A DNA stretch of 64,000 nucleotides from Octopus sinensis (Eukaryota). Below the pieces are notes generated by a model, which did not search any database, had not been told where the DNA came from, and worked only from the letters and a program-made list of their open reading frames with translations. Shown one piece after another: positions 1 through 13,525 of this stretch (positions are counted from its first letter, which is position 1; every line of letters begins with the position of its first letter). Location of the stretch: NCBI RefSeq assembly GCF_006345805.1, contig NC_043000.1:98518001-98582000 (forward strand), given 5' to 3'. Position numbers and translations under genes: made by a program.

Positions 1-1570
1 ATACATACATACATACGTACATACTTCCACACATGCATATATAAATACATTTGAGATTGTGAGCTGGACTGAAAACCATTTCATTATTTGATTTAGCACT
101 TATACGTTCTGAGTTAAAATTTTCTTTATTAGACTCCTGAGGCCGACAAAAGATGCACTATTAATATACTGTTGATTTCTTATAACCATTATAGGCCTTT
201 CAAAGGCGAAGAACAGGAAGAATCGATGTAATCGATTAACACCCTTTCTCAAAATTATTGACCCTGTGCCAAAATTTGAAACCATTTTACATCTTCCATA
301 TGCCGATATATGAAATAAAAGTTTCGGAGGTGTCTACTAGCAAAATTTGGTGACAATTTGATTAACAATAGTGTGATAAAGCTGTTTGTAGGTTATGTCA
401 AGCATATGCCTTTCATAATGAAATAGGCGGACTTCAAGATATCAACGATCATTTATATTTATATGTAATTGTGCATATATTGGGTGTGTACGTGTCCAAC
501 ACCCTGTACTTTTATTGTTAAATGTAGACTTACTGATCTAGCGAATGCATAACTGATGACTCAATCTACAAATAGTAACTAATATATTTTATAGACACAT
601 TCAACAATTTTACTTCGTAAGGGCGGGTGTGTACATCCGGGTTCGAAACAGTACGCTGAGGCAACTTCGACAAGTTTCTCAATCCAAGCATAATGAGTGA
701 AAATGTGTGGACAAAAAAGTGTGTGATAGCCCGAATGATGGACTATAACTCGTTTAAGAACACCTACTGATCCTTAGATAACTTTTGTAGAATCCATTCA
801 GTGGCAAGTGTTTCATACCATCGGTTAGAGGATGGACAATTGTAAATCTTGATGTGCTTCTTCATACTGAACCCACTATAAGGCATAGGTTCTTTCTTCC
901 CACTCGCAGATGTCTTGCCACGAAGTTAAAGTGGATACTTTTCCGCATTTGATGAATTATTAAAAATATTGTGCCACAATACAATACGAGATAGCTGAAG
1001 CAGAGATAGGGTTAATCTCTATTCTTTATGATAATGCTTTGAGTTTTATTTCACATCTCAGTTGTTGATACTTTGTTTCAGATCAAGCAGATCTTTGGTC
1101 AAAGACTTTCCGGCCGCCACTATTCCGTACTCTTATTTTCAAAAGAAAAAATGTTCGATTTGGAAATGTGACTGCTTTTTCTTCCAGTTAGAGCAAGCCT
1201 CTAGAGGCTCGCTTTCTTTGTGTCAAGGTTATGCTAAGAGGAGATACTAATAGCGTCGTGAAAGCACTGTTATGCTTTCATACGTAGATGTTTTAGCTTT
1301 AAAAAGTGAGAATTCATTCTGCCAACTATGGACGCCATTCGACTTTCTATCAGGAACTTCCTACAGATTGTATTCTATATCATATACTCAATAGCATTAC
1401 GACGGATCACCGACAGATGATGCATAGGGTTAAAAAAAGTCTAATGGGAATTTTTGAACAGCGACAAATCAAGAGCAATATTTCTGAACATTTGTATCCT
1501 TGACTCGTTTAATTGTCCAGCATTGCGTTATAACTACAGACTGATTCTTGTTTCTCTATACTGATGTAAA

Positions 1571-1800
1571 GGCGGTGAGCTGGCAGAACCGTTAGCACGC
1601 CGGGCGAAATGTGTAGCCGTATTTCATCTGCCGCTACGTTCTGAGTTCAAATTCCGCCGAAGTCGACTTTGCCTTTCATCCTTTCGATGTCGATAAATTA
1701 AGTACCAGTTACGCACTGGGGTCGATGTAATCGACTTAATTCGTTTGTCTGTCCTTGTTTGTCCCCTCTATGCTTAGCCCCTTGAGGGCAATAAAGAAAC
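1571..1800 (+). mobile_element. tRNA-derived SINE, family A, near full length
   Basis: A-box-like TGGCAGAACCGTTAG, B-box GTTCAAATTCC, body GTCGACTTTGCCTTTCATCC...AAGTACCAG. The same body recurs at 7093, 27745, 28875 and 46983. Confidence 0.85.
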
Positions 1801-2026
1801 ATATACTGATGTATTTGAAACACCGCATGTAAGTTGCATGGTTCATTTGGAAATGCCCGGTTATGACCAATCCTTGATTTGAACTTATTAAAGTCTGATT
1901 ATCCATATCCAGTCAAGAGCCTCAACACTAGTACCACAGGATACAAATGTGTCAATTTTTTTCGAAGATCAGGGAGCTTCAAATGAAACTTCTAATATAT
2001 ATATATGTATATTTATTTGTTTCAGC

Positions 2027-2283
2027 AACGCCTTTAGTCGAGCAATTCGACCCCAGGACTTATTCTTTGTAAGCCTGGTACTTATTCTATCAGTTTCTCT
2101 TGCTGAACCGCTAAGTAACGGGGATGTAAACACACCAGCATCGGTTGTCAAGTGATGTTGGGGGGACAAACATATACATACACATATATACGATGGGCTT
2201 CTTTCAGTTTCCATCTACCAAATCCACTCACAAGGCTTTGGTCGGCCCAAGGCAATAGTAGAAGACACTTGCCTAAGGTGCCA
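2027..2283 (-). mobile_element. SINE family B copy, head truncated
   Basis: Reverse complement of the body and tail of the full copy at 60961-61368. Confidence 0.85.
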
Positions 2284-2684
2284 TATATATATATTATATA
2301 GATATATATATATATATATATATATCATTCAACTACGGTAGTAGTTGAATGATATATATATATCATTACTACGGTAGTAGTTGAATAATATTCTTAACGT
2401 AGCTTTTTTGTCGCAGTCGGCGTCTTCCAAGCATTCTCAATAATTCAGTTTTAATCGAAATCAAAGTTTCGTTGTTTGAATTTTGTTTGACTAGTGATAA
2501 GCTACATTTAGACATAAAATACTTAAAAATCTGGTGCAGTAGAACAAAAGTTAAGAGAAAAAATGTATAGACCAAAATAGTAGTAACGGGTAGTAACGCC
2601 CGACATTGACACTTTGAATCCACACCAATCTTTTAATTATTATTATTATATTATTATTATTATCATCATCATTATTATTATTAT

Positions 2685-2766
2685 TATTCAGGTCACTGCC
2701 TGGAATCGAACTCGGATTCTTGGGGGTTAGTTGCCCGCGCACTTAACCACGACGCCATATGCCCGT
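2685..2766 (-). mobile_element. tRNA-like SINE head (family D), followed by (AAT)n
   Basis: Reverse complement reads ACGGGCATATGGCGTCGTGGTTAAG...GAGTTCGATTCCAGG (A and B boxes). Same start as 2869. Confidence 0.75.
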
Positions 2767-2868
2767 ATTTCTACTTAAAATTTTACTATTACTGCAATGC
2801 CTGTAAAAGCACTGGACTAGCCAATGAAAAATGTAGACTCATACTAAAAATATTCTTTAAATTGAACC

Positions 2869-3140
2869 ACGGGCATATGGCGTAGTGGCTACTAACTCTA
2901 AGATTCCGAGTTCGATTCCATACTACTACTATTGCTGCTGCTGCTGCTCTTCCTCCTCCTCCTCCTACTACTACTAATAATAATAACATCGAAAAATACC
3001 TTAGGAATGAGAACCCAGTTTCGAAATTTCCCCAAGATACCTAATGAAGGCTGGAGGGTATATCAGCCGAAACGTTGTGTTAACATCAAGCAAGATGAGG
3101 ACAAATATCCGTCAATTGTAAATAATGTAAATAATGTACA
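2869..3140 (+). mobile_element. tRNA-headed SINE (family D) with hammerhead-like 3' tail
   Basis: Head ACGGGCATATGGCGTAGTGG...GAGTTCGATTCC, trinucleotide spacer, tail ATAC-CTAATGA-A-GGCTG...CAGCC-GAAACGTT-GTGT. Confidence 0.7.
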
Positions 3141-3914
3141 AATAGTTCTAATATTTATTTTCATTAGTCTAAATTATTTGTTATAAAAAATGAAATTTTT
3201 TGCTTAATTTTTTTGTAGTATGGCTTTTTAAAGTCCATTTTTGAATGAATTATTTTAATAACAAGATTTTTAAATAAAATATTATAATTTATTATTTTTG
3301 TCTCTATGAGTAGTATTGAATCATGTTGTAGGGCTTTTTAGTAAAGACAAATGAGAAAAATTCAAATATTTTAACTGTCAATTTTCACTATTTTAAAATT
3401 TTCAAACATGGAATTAATTATTTGCATGCAAAAAAGGATTTTACTTATAATTTATTTATTAATTTTATAGTAAACAAAATATAATTATTTATGGCCTTAT
3501 CTCTATGAGCAGTGCTGGAATCTGTAGTATGGCAGTTCAGAAAAGGTAAATGCTACTTGTAATTATATTCTATTTAATATTAATTTAATTTATTCAAAAT
3601 AAAGTCATTTTATTAAATTTGTATCCTCACTTTTTTTCATTATTTTAAAATTCTTTAAATATATTCATTTATAACTTTGTCTCAGCACAGTACCGAAATT
3701 ACAGTACATACATTATGTCCAGAAAGGGCAAAGTTGCCATGAATATCATTAATTTTTAATTTAATTTCTAAATGAGAGTTAGTAAAATAAAAAAAAAAAA
3801 TTTTGTTTAAATTTTCTTGGAAAGTTTTTAATTAAAAATGACTGCAAAAAGGGTAATTATATGTATTTTACTTAAAATTTTACTATTACTGAAATGCCTG
3901 TAAAAGCACTGGAC

Positions 3915-4262
3915 TAGCCAATGAAAATGCAGACGTATACTTACAATATTCTTTAAATTAAACCTGGAAAAGTAGAGGACAAGAAAAGACTCATTAAAAT
4001 TAGAGCTTAAAATATTGCTGCTAAAATTAAAATTTTAATTTTTTTAATTAATTCATTTAGTAGAAAAAATAAAATAAAAATAAAAAAGGAAAAATAGAAT
4101 TAAAAGAATTTAAATGAAAAAATACCCAAGAGGTAGTTTTTAATTTTAATTTTAGCAGCAATATTTTAAGTTCTAATTTTAATGAGGTTTTTCTTGTCCT
4201 CTACTTTTCCAGGTTTAATTGTTAAGAATATTGTTAGTACGTGTTCGCATTTTCATTGGCTA
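3915..4262. repeat. AT-rich inverted repeat (foldback/MITE-like)
   Basis: Arms 3915-4033 and 4144-4262 are close reverse complements (TAGCCAATGAAAATGC...GCTGCTAAAATTAAAA). Confidence 0.8.
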
Positions 4263-4276
4263 TTCGTATATATATA

Positions 4277-4327
<51 letters not shown>

Positions 4328-4335
4328 AAAATGTG

Positions 4336-5459
4336 GCTGAAAATGCACTTAAATTTCAAAAACTCGTAAATGTTTAAAATACATTTTTTTTTTACATATA
4401 TACCAAACTAATTTCAACAATAGTGTTTGTTTATCAATGGAAAGTGTAAAATTACGCTAATCGTTATAGGTTTCAATGTTGACAAATCAAAATGTTTCAA
4501 TGTTGACAAACTGAAATGCTTCAGTGTTGTTAAATTAAAATGTTTCAATGTTAAATTAAAATGTATGAATATCGATAAATTATCATGTTCAAAACAGAAG
4601 GTGTAAGTTGAAATTAAAACTGTATATTAACCCTTTCGTTACCAACCCGGCTGAAACTGGCTCTGGCTCTGTAGTACAAATGTCTTGTTTTCATAAGTTT
4701 TGAATTAAAATCTTCCACCAAACCTTAGTCCCAATTTATGGTCCTAACACAAGCTGAATGATAACTAAGTTATTTTACTAAATTCTTTGTTATATTTAAA
4801 GTAATTGAAAAAAATACAGAGCATCTCAAAATGAATACAGTAACGAAAGGGTTAATGAAATTCCACAAACACCAGTTGCTGACGTCACATAATTCCAAAC
4901 AAATAGAAATCGAACTTAAACGAATACAGTAAAAAGAGCCTTTAAGAAAACCAACCAACCGGAACGACCTACAACCGTATCCAGCGAAGAAACCAACCAA
5001 GCAGAAGAAAAACGTCATCAATTTTTTAGCGAATCAAAATCGGATCCACTCGCAGAAAAAAATTTATAAATACATCTTTCCCTAAAACATATCATTACAA
5101 GCGGGAGCGACTGTTTAAAGATCTGGGAAACCGTAATCCCCCCCCCCCTTTACTATTTCAATTTTCACAGTGTTTTTTTTTTTCAGTATGACTTGTCGAC
5201 CACCACTGAAATTAATGAACCTTGTACATTCTAACAAATTAATTTCAAACTTAGACCTCCTATTTTGAACTTGATAATTTATCAATACTGAAACATTTTA
5301 ATTTTATTTTGATTTGTCAACATTAAAACTTATAACGATGATTTTCTAATTTTACACTTTTACCATTGATAAAAAATATTGTTGAAACTAGTTTGGAATA
5401 AATGTAAATAAATGTATTTTAAACATTTACGAGTTTTTGAAATTAAGTGCATTTTCAGC
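4336..5459. mobile_element. TIR element with ~160-bp inverted ends and subterminal short tandem repeats
   Basis: 4336-4492 is the reverse complement of ~5306-5459. AATGTTTCAATGTTG is repeated at ~4480-4560. Confidence 0.7.
4627..4855. mobile_element. piggyBac-type MITE nested in the TIR element
   Basis: TTAA-CCCTTTCGTTAC ... GTAACGAAAGGG-TTAA. TTAA flanks and CCC termini are piggyBac hallmarks. Confidence 0.8.
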
Positions 5460-5628
5460 AACACACACACACACACACATGTATATATATATACACACAT
5501 ATATATATATACATATATATACATATATATACATACATTCATACATACATACGTACATACATACATACATACATACATACATACATACATACATACATAC
5601 ATACATACATACATACACAATACGATTG

Positions 5629-5776
5629 TATATTCATAAACCAATGCAAATAAAAACTAGCTCATCAGATCACTAGAAGTCATGGTTACACCAAAAAATC
5701 GAATCGCTGGTGTAACCATGATGTTCTGGTGATTTGATGAGCTAATTTTCTTTATTTGCATTAATTTGTGAATATA
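5629..5776. repeat. ~150-bp imperfect palindrome (MITE-like hairpin)
   Basis: GCTCATCAGATCACTAGAAGTCATGGTTACACCA / TGGTGTAACCATGATGTTCTGGTGATTTGATGAGC with AT-rich outer arms. Confidence 0.75.
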
Positions 5777-6504
5777 CACTTATTTAGCTATTGAATTGTT
5801 TTGACTCTTATTTCTAGCAATGCTGGTACTGTGTAGTACTACCTGTCACTTTACCAACGTCTATGAATTTGCCTTTAGTATGAAATGTATGCATATAATT
5901 ACGTCATGAGTTTGATTTCCAGTTGAGTCATATTCTGTTAATTGTAGCAAATGTGATTCAGAGCCGCTTTGTATAGTGTATGAAAGAGAGTGAACATTGC
6001 TAGATTGAACTATACACTAAGTTGAAAATCTTTGTCGCTGCCCAACATACTGTAAGATCAATGAACTAAAAAGGAAGCAATTTTTCACACACTCACTTAT
6101 ATAATCCCACAAACGAGACACACACACACATTCTATTTGTTGAAAAATTGCAAATTCATTCTGATGTTAACAGTAGCTTACTTTCATATGAAGTAAGAAA
6201 TCAAATGTTTGATTTCAATTACAGAAAATTATAGACATTTTGGAGGGAGTTCCGTCCCCCCCATCTCTCTTTATCTCTCTTTCTCACACGCACACATACA
6301 AACACACACACACACACAAACACACACAACTCTTTGCTTATATTGAAATTCGAAGTGTGTCGCTTACTTTTCTAATTTCCAGACATTTGATTGCAGCCAT
6401 CCTGGTGTAGATGCCATCTTATAGAGTTCGGTCGATAGTATCGCGTTCAATATTTGAATCAGTCTTGTTAATGCAATTGGCTGAGCTTTCTGTCAAACGA
6501 CATG

Positions 6505-6554
<50 letters not shown>

Positions 6555-6600
6555 ATATATATATATAAGCATTTCCATATATACATACATACATACATGC

Positions 6601-6634
<34 letters not shown>

Positions 6635-6743
6635 GGAAATGTTCATATATTGTTATATGTGTTATTATAAGCATACTTAAATACATATATTCATAGGCGT
6701 GGCTGTGTGTGGTAAGAAATTTTCTTCACACACACACACACAC

Positions 6744-6843
6744 NNNNNNNNNNNNNNNNNNNNNNNNNNNNNNNNNNNNNNNNNNNNNNNNNNNNNNNNN
6801 NNNNNNNNNNNNNNNNNNNNNNNNNNNNNNNNNNNNNNNNNNN
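6744..6843. other. assembly gap (100 N)
   Basis: Run of n. Confidence 1.
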
Positions 6844-6904
6844 GAGCAGAATATTTTCTGTAGCTCATCTTTTATACCAAGACAAAACAATGTACATGAT
6901 AACA

Positions 6905-6914
6905 ATTATTATTA

Positions 6915-6987
<73 letters not shown>

Positions 6988-7016
6988 TTATATTATTATT
7001 ATTATTATTATTATTA

Positions 7017-7066
<50 letters not shown>

Positions 7067-7088
7067 TATTATTATTATATTATTATTA
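6905..7088. repeat. (ATT)n microsatellite
   Basis: Read directly. Many other (TA)n, (CA)n, (TACA)n, (TATC)n and (GA)n tracts occur throughout the window. Confidence 0.95.
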
Positions 7089-7092
7089 AGAT

Positions 7093-7262
7093 AGAGAACT
7101 GCCAGAATCGTTAGCACGTCGTGCAAAATGCTTAGCGGCATTTCGTCCGCCTTTACGTAATTAGTTTAAATTTCACGAAGTCGACTTTGCCTTTCATCCT
7201 GGGATCGATGTAATCGACTAATCCCCTCCCACCCAAATTGCAAGTTTTGCGCCTATAATAGA
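7093..7262 (+). mobile_element. SINE family A, degenerate
   Basis: CAGAATCGTTAGCACG...GTCGACTTTGCCTTTCATCC. Confidence 0.7.
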
Positions 7263-8101
7263 AAATATTATTATTATCTGAACATTGGCGTGAGCTCTTG
7301 TATCTGTACTTCGCAGATTAAAATTTTATCACCTACCATGCACAACTTAATACATATTTTCGGACAATTTTTCAACATGGAACTTCCTGGAAAGCTTTGG
7401 ATAATAACTTTTAAATAAAAAAGACAAAGATCTGCTATTTTGGGGCATAATATATTCTGCTTTTATTCATATTGCAACTCATATTGCTTTGCATCTGGTA
7501 ATCCTATTACTTAAAAAAGTGTACATGATAATAACTACTCAGAAGAATATGAAAAAGCTCAATCTAGCTGTACAGTGACTCACGATTTCTGCTGGGAAAA
7601 ACAGAATTTTTTCAGCTTCCAAAGATAAGACAGCAGCGTTTTCTTCTGTATATCCTTATTTAATTTTGGTCAAGTAAAGTTTTAGGATCTTTTATTTTTG
7701 GCTAATTTTATTTAACATTTTACTTTTTTTACATTACAGTGATAATTGAAATAGAATTTTATCCATATCTATTTCATCACAAAGGCTATGTACACAAACA
7801 CACACACACACATACACACACACATGTGCGTATATATGTTTATATATGTATGTGTATATATATATATATTAATATATTTATGTATCTATATATATATACA
7901 TACATATATAGACACTATATATAACTACATATATCTGTATATGTGTACGTGTATTTTTGCATCTTTGTGTGTGTAGGTGTGTGTGTGCCTATCTGTATGC
8001 TGTGTACCGATAGGCGAAACTGTAAATAGTAAGTGATGACTCGTTCATAATATAATATTATATATGTATATATTACACAGAAACATGCATACACACACAA
8101 C

Positions 8102-8207
<106 letters not shown>

Positions 8208-8391
8208 TATATAACCAACTTATAAATAAGGGCAAATTTAACCTTTAAAGGGATTTTTTAATATGCTGGCCATTGATAAAATTTTTTTCGAAAAAATTTT
8301 TATCCTACATTAAATATATATATATAACTATATATATTTCTATGTGAGTATGTGTTTTTGTGTATTCGTGTGTGTATGTGTGTGTGTTTGT

Positions 8392-8423
<32 letters not shown>

Positions 8424-8427
8424 TTGT

Positions 8428-8460
<33 letters not shown>

Positions 8461-9134
8461 GTGTGTTTGTATGTGTGTATGTATGTATGCATGTATGTAT
8501 AAAATCGTATATATGTGACATAAAAAAAAAACTAATAAATGGAAACTCGCAAAAACGTCTATTTTACCTACATTCAATGCTGGAACTAATTTTTGAAGGA
8601 AACATAACTGTTATCTATTTCGTGTATATCCTCATCATTTCTTCAACTCTTATGGTGAAGTTTATGTTTCATTGAGCAGGACTAATTTCATCAAAATACA
8701 TCTCGAATTGTCGACTAATATTAGTTACTCAGCAAATTTCTTTTGACATATATGAGTAATTAATCACAATAATGCTTTTTAAGAAGAGTGAAACACAACA
8801 CATAGCTTTGTAGAAGGAGTATACGCCTTAATAAACAGAAACATGCATTACGTAATGCGTACTTAAAAAAATTATCTGGACAAAAAGAGGAGATAGCCAC
8901 AACTCATAGTATCTGAGATAGCCTTTAATCTATGTTTCTATTTGACAAAGTTAACCTGGGCAAAATGGTAAACAACCACAATAACAAAGGGAGCTGTTGC
9001 AACGCTAGTAACAAGAACCAAAACATACAAAGATATTAACAAAAATAAGAACAGGGGTGGGGTTGTAGGCGTGGGTGGGATGGGGTGGTATCAATGAAGA
9101 GGGAAGATGGGTAGGAGTGAAGAGAGGAAGTAGT

Positions 9135-9690
9135 TGTCAGATGAAGAGAGGAGGGGAGTTGAACCCATATGGCGCAAAGGAGTGAAGAGAGAAGATTAAT
9201 TGTTGTTCACGGCGAAGGCGGGAATTCGGATGACCTCTGTGCAAAGACAGTCCGAACACAGACAGATGTCGTGAATGACCGGTAGAGCGGAAATGGCGCG
9301 AGACCGGGGTGTCATTTATGAGTCTGATGTCTCAGAGGTGCTCCGCGAACGGGTCAGCCAACCGACGTCCCGTTTGACCGATGTGTAGGATGGCAGAAAG
9401 ACAGGAGATGCAGTAAATGACATTACTGGAAGTTCAGGTAAAGGAGTTGGTGATGAGATAGGGACAATGATGGGTGCCTGTTAGGATGGTGGTGTTGGAG
9501 AGGTAGAGTAAGTACAGCAGCGTGGGCAGGAGCAGGGGAATGACCCACGTTGGGAGGTGGGGCTAGGGAAGAAAGTGTGGACCAGGAGGTCACGCAGGTT
9601 GTGGGCTCGTTTGAAGGAGGAAAGGGGTAGGTTGGGGAAGATGTGCAAGCTGGAGGGGTCGGACTAGAGTCGCCTAAAGGCTCGGAGTAT
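9135..9690 (-). mobile_element. Penelope-like element remnant (linker plus GIY-YIG endonuclease), pseudogenised
   Basis: Manual minus-strand translation: PLSSFKRAHNLRDLLVH...GSFPC..PRC; IYCISC...IGQTGRRLADPFAEHL*DIR..DTPVSRHFRSTGH...RRREQQLIF-type motifs. Confidence 0.8.
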
Positions 9691-9910
9691 GGTGTGTTGG
9701 AGGGGCATGTTGGAGAGGTGGTAGGTGAGGGGAAACGGGACACACACACATGCATATACAATTATATCATATATATAAATATATAATATGTATATATCAG
9801 TGTACATTATATTTATATGTATATATATGTGTGTGCTCGTGTGCATATGCATAGATAGGTACGCACACATACACACTTAGGTATCTGTATGTATGTGTGC
9901 ATGTTTCTGT

Positions 9911-9949
<39 letters not shown>

Positions 9950-10197
9950 CAATTACGGTCATTCAAAGTTATACAAAGACTGTTATCTTCTCTTTATCAT
10001 TTGGTGTCAAAATTTCGTCGCACCAACTGTGACCTCGTGATTAATACGAATCAACTGCGCAGTTGTCGTGACGAGAATTTTCACACATAATAATAATTCA
10101 TGTGAAACTAATAGTCTGTGTTTTTTTTTTAATGGCTAATATCCCTTCCAAAGTTTTATTATTTAAGCTTCAACAGACTGACCTCAGATCAAATGAC

Positions 10198-10237
<40 letters not shown>

Positions 10238-10921
10238 GACCTCAGATCACATATTTCTAAGTATAAATATATCGAGGACAAACGACAGAGGAAATTAAAG
10301 GGGTGGTAGGAAGGTGTTATAAGACCAACAGATGTTTCTGGGAGCTCGGAGATCCATAGTAATGTTGTTAGATGTAATTCATATCAATATTAGCCGTACT
10401 GGATGCAAACAACATTGAATGCAACGAGCCACTGTCATCGGGGTAGAGAAGATCTTACATTTCAGATCTTAATGCAGAGAAGTTCAAAGATGATTAAATG
10501 TGGAGAACAAGGTGTATCAGAGGGGGGAGTCGGTGTGGGTTATGGGGGAGGGATATTAAGACAGGGAATGGTGATAGCGAATATCGTTTGTACTCTATAA
10601 GTTGGGCCTATTATAAATATCTAAACCATCATCTCAAAGTCTCCACCCTTTGCTTCCTCTTGTTTTGCGTGTATACATATATATTTTGTATTTCATACCC
10701 CAGCTATTATATTTAGTATAAATAATGTACCCAATTTATTTATCTGCATAATTGCCTCTACACACACACACACACACACACATACAGGGGACGATTTATA
10801 ATAATTAAAAAAATAGAAGATACATATATATATATATATGTATGCATATATATATATATATACACATCTGGGTATACATACATATTACATACATACATAC
10901 ATACATACATAAAATACATAC

Positions 10922-11005
<84 letters not shown>

Positions 11006-11040
11006 ATCTCTTCTATTTTTAATTATTTATAAATCGTCCA

Positions 11041-11750
11041 CTGAAGAGGGAGCCGATTTCCAACAAGGTTACAAGGCTCCGTCTCTGAGATGTAGTTAAC
11101 ACAGAAAAATTCACGTTTGGAACTTGAGAAAAGTCTTCATTATTTTTACTGTTCCACTCAGTTTGGACTTGTAATGTACGAATTAGCCGGTCGATTTCTC
11201 TTTCTGAAAATCCCATTTTATCCAGATTCTCCTTTAAGCATGTACTAACAAAACCTATTGCTCCAATTATTATTGGTATGAATATGAATTCTTAGTCTGG
11301 ATATAAAAGCTGGAGGTTTCGAAGCAGTTGTCCATAGATATCCTCTTTTTCCTTGATTTTCGAAGTGATATTTATATATACAGGGGGGGGGGGTGACTTC
11401 TGTGATGGTACATACCTTTACCCCTCGGTCCCAAACAACAATATCCGGCCTGTTATGTTTACATTTCACAGAAGTTTTGATGGGAATATTCCACCAGTTT
11501 TCCTGGAGTTGGCGTTTATGAGTGTATTCCACAGCAGAGGGATTTTCTAAGTTTATTTCAGGACAGTCTTTTTTGCGGATGGCATTGTAAATTGTTTTAA
11601 CAGCATCATGCTGCTTAGGGAGGTAGTACCGTGACGATCCATTACGGCTGATCTTACAAATCAGTTTTGCACTAGTATTAAACTGGATGCAAGACAACAG
11701 CATGGATATGTAATACAGTGTTCGTCAGAGCAAGCAGGTATGAAAAGATA
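11041..11750 (-). mobile_element. 3' end of an RLE-bearing non-LTR retrotransposon (R4/Dong-like) with 3' UTR
   Basis: ORF 11245-11703: SRYYLPKQHDAV...WWNIPIKT..KCKHNRPDIVVWD...CTITEV (restriction-like endonuclease), then GFSEREIDRLIRTLQVQ. Confidence 0.8.
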
Positions 11751-11879
11751 TAACGACTGTTTAAAATACCCACTTTATTGACAAATGTATCAGTTAATAT
11801 TTTTCTCATTTATGGATTCATAAACTGTGTGTGCATGTGAGTATGAGTATGTGTTTATGTGCGTGTGTGTGTATATGTG

Positions 11880-12080
11880 TCTTTGTGTCTGTGTTTGTCC
11901 ACCAACCAGAGCTTGACAATCGGTGTCGGTGTGTTTATGTCCCCGTAAAGTAGTGGTTTGGAATAGTCGACTGCCAGAATAAGTCCCAGGCTTTTAAAAA
12001 AAGAGGTGTCGATTTGTTCAATTAAATACTTGAGGGCAGTTCTCCAGCATGAGCGCTTTCTAGAGGATGAAGCAAGTAGA
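11880..12080 (+). mobile_element. SINE family B 3' half, degenerate
   Basis: GCTTGACAATCGGTGTCGGTGTGTTTATGTCCCCGTAA...CTCCAGCATG. Confidence 0.6.
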
Positions 12081-12124
12081 AGGCTTATATATGTAATTAT
12101 ATATTATATAATATAATATATATA

Positions 12125-12420
12125 ATCATTATAAAATCCGTTGTCTGTCTGTGTGTGTGTCTTCTAGGATCTCGGGCATCCTCCATCCGATTGCGCTCAA
12201 ATTTGATATGTAGATACCGACGGTATCAGGACGTATATAAGTCTTCAAAAATTTACAAAAATCGATTTCAGGTGAGAATACGATCGATAAAGCCGCGGAA
12301 CATGCATTTGTACGCGCAAGTACCTCAGTAGAAATCCGTCTTTTGCTGGTGTGCTCAATATTTAGGTTAAATCAATGTTATCTCAAAGGGGGGGCCTATA
12401 GGACGGACGGTCGGACAAGT
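12125..12420 (+). mobile_element. non-autonomous repeat, possibly Helitron-like
   Basis: ATAAAA..TGTCTGTCTGTGTG start followed by AAATTTGATATG. A similar start occurs at ~26430. Family assignment is a guess. Confidence 0.35.
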
Positions 12421-12497
12421 TGTTTTGAGAAAAATTTGGTTTAAATGTTTGACAACTCAGCACCGTCTATTGGACGGGTGGTCGTTTTGCACGTACA

Positions 12498-12544
<47 letters not shown>

Positions 12545-12972
12545 AAATTAATTCAGGACAATGGTCGCTTGCAAAATTAGTCCTGTTGTATCCCCTGTGG
12601 ATTTTCCCGGTATCTACCAGAACTAGTCATATAGAAGTTGCTTACAGAAGTCACATTACACACCTTCTGATAAAACACTCCCCAGCACACACACAAACAC
12701 ACACGCATTCACTCATACATTCATAGAAACGTATATATATAAATAGTTTCGTATATCTATTATATGGCTTCCTACACAAACAGAAGAGTACGTGTATTAT
12801 GTATTATGTATATGATTGTATATGTATAAATACAATATTATATAAGTACTAGAAAAATTAACTTACGTAACAGTATCTGACGCCTGAGATGAGTGATAGC
12901 GATGTAAATATATCCTTTAAAAATTAGATCCAAGATTGGCGACAGGTAAGTTGAATTCCCATTTCCTTTATA

Positions 12973-13008
<36 letters not shown>

Positions 13009-13471
13009 TGTATGTATGTATGTATGTATGTGTATGTGTGTGTGTATGTGTGTGTATGTGTACACCTGTGGTTGAGTACAGGTAAAAGGAAAGAAGGAAA
13101 AAAAACCCACCAAGCGAGCGTCTCAAACGACCTGTAGCAGGTCAATATTGTGTAGAACGTAAGAATGTATGACTGACTAACACGCACACCAAACTTCAGG
13201 TGAAGAGAAATGAAAAAAACATGACACTAATAATAGTGAATAGCAGCAGCAGCAGCAGCATATGAGCTACTACTAAAAAAATCCTTCTGTAATAACAATA
13301 AACAAACAAAGCAAAAATAGGTGTGTTCAGATCAGATACCTCGTATTTGTAAAATACACGTGCGTGTATGAGTAAATATAGATACGTATGTAAATATATT
13401 TGTAAGCAATGTTTGTGTTTGTGCAAGTGCATAGCATACTTAGCATATCATATCATATATCTATACTATTA

Positions 13472-13525
<54 letters not shown>

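Noticed and set aside
11041-11085. Plus-strand CTGAAGA followed by a GGAGCC/GGCTCC stem
   Set aside because: No GAAA after the stem. Better explained as the antisense of the LINE 3' UTR hairpin.
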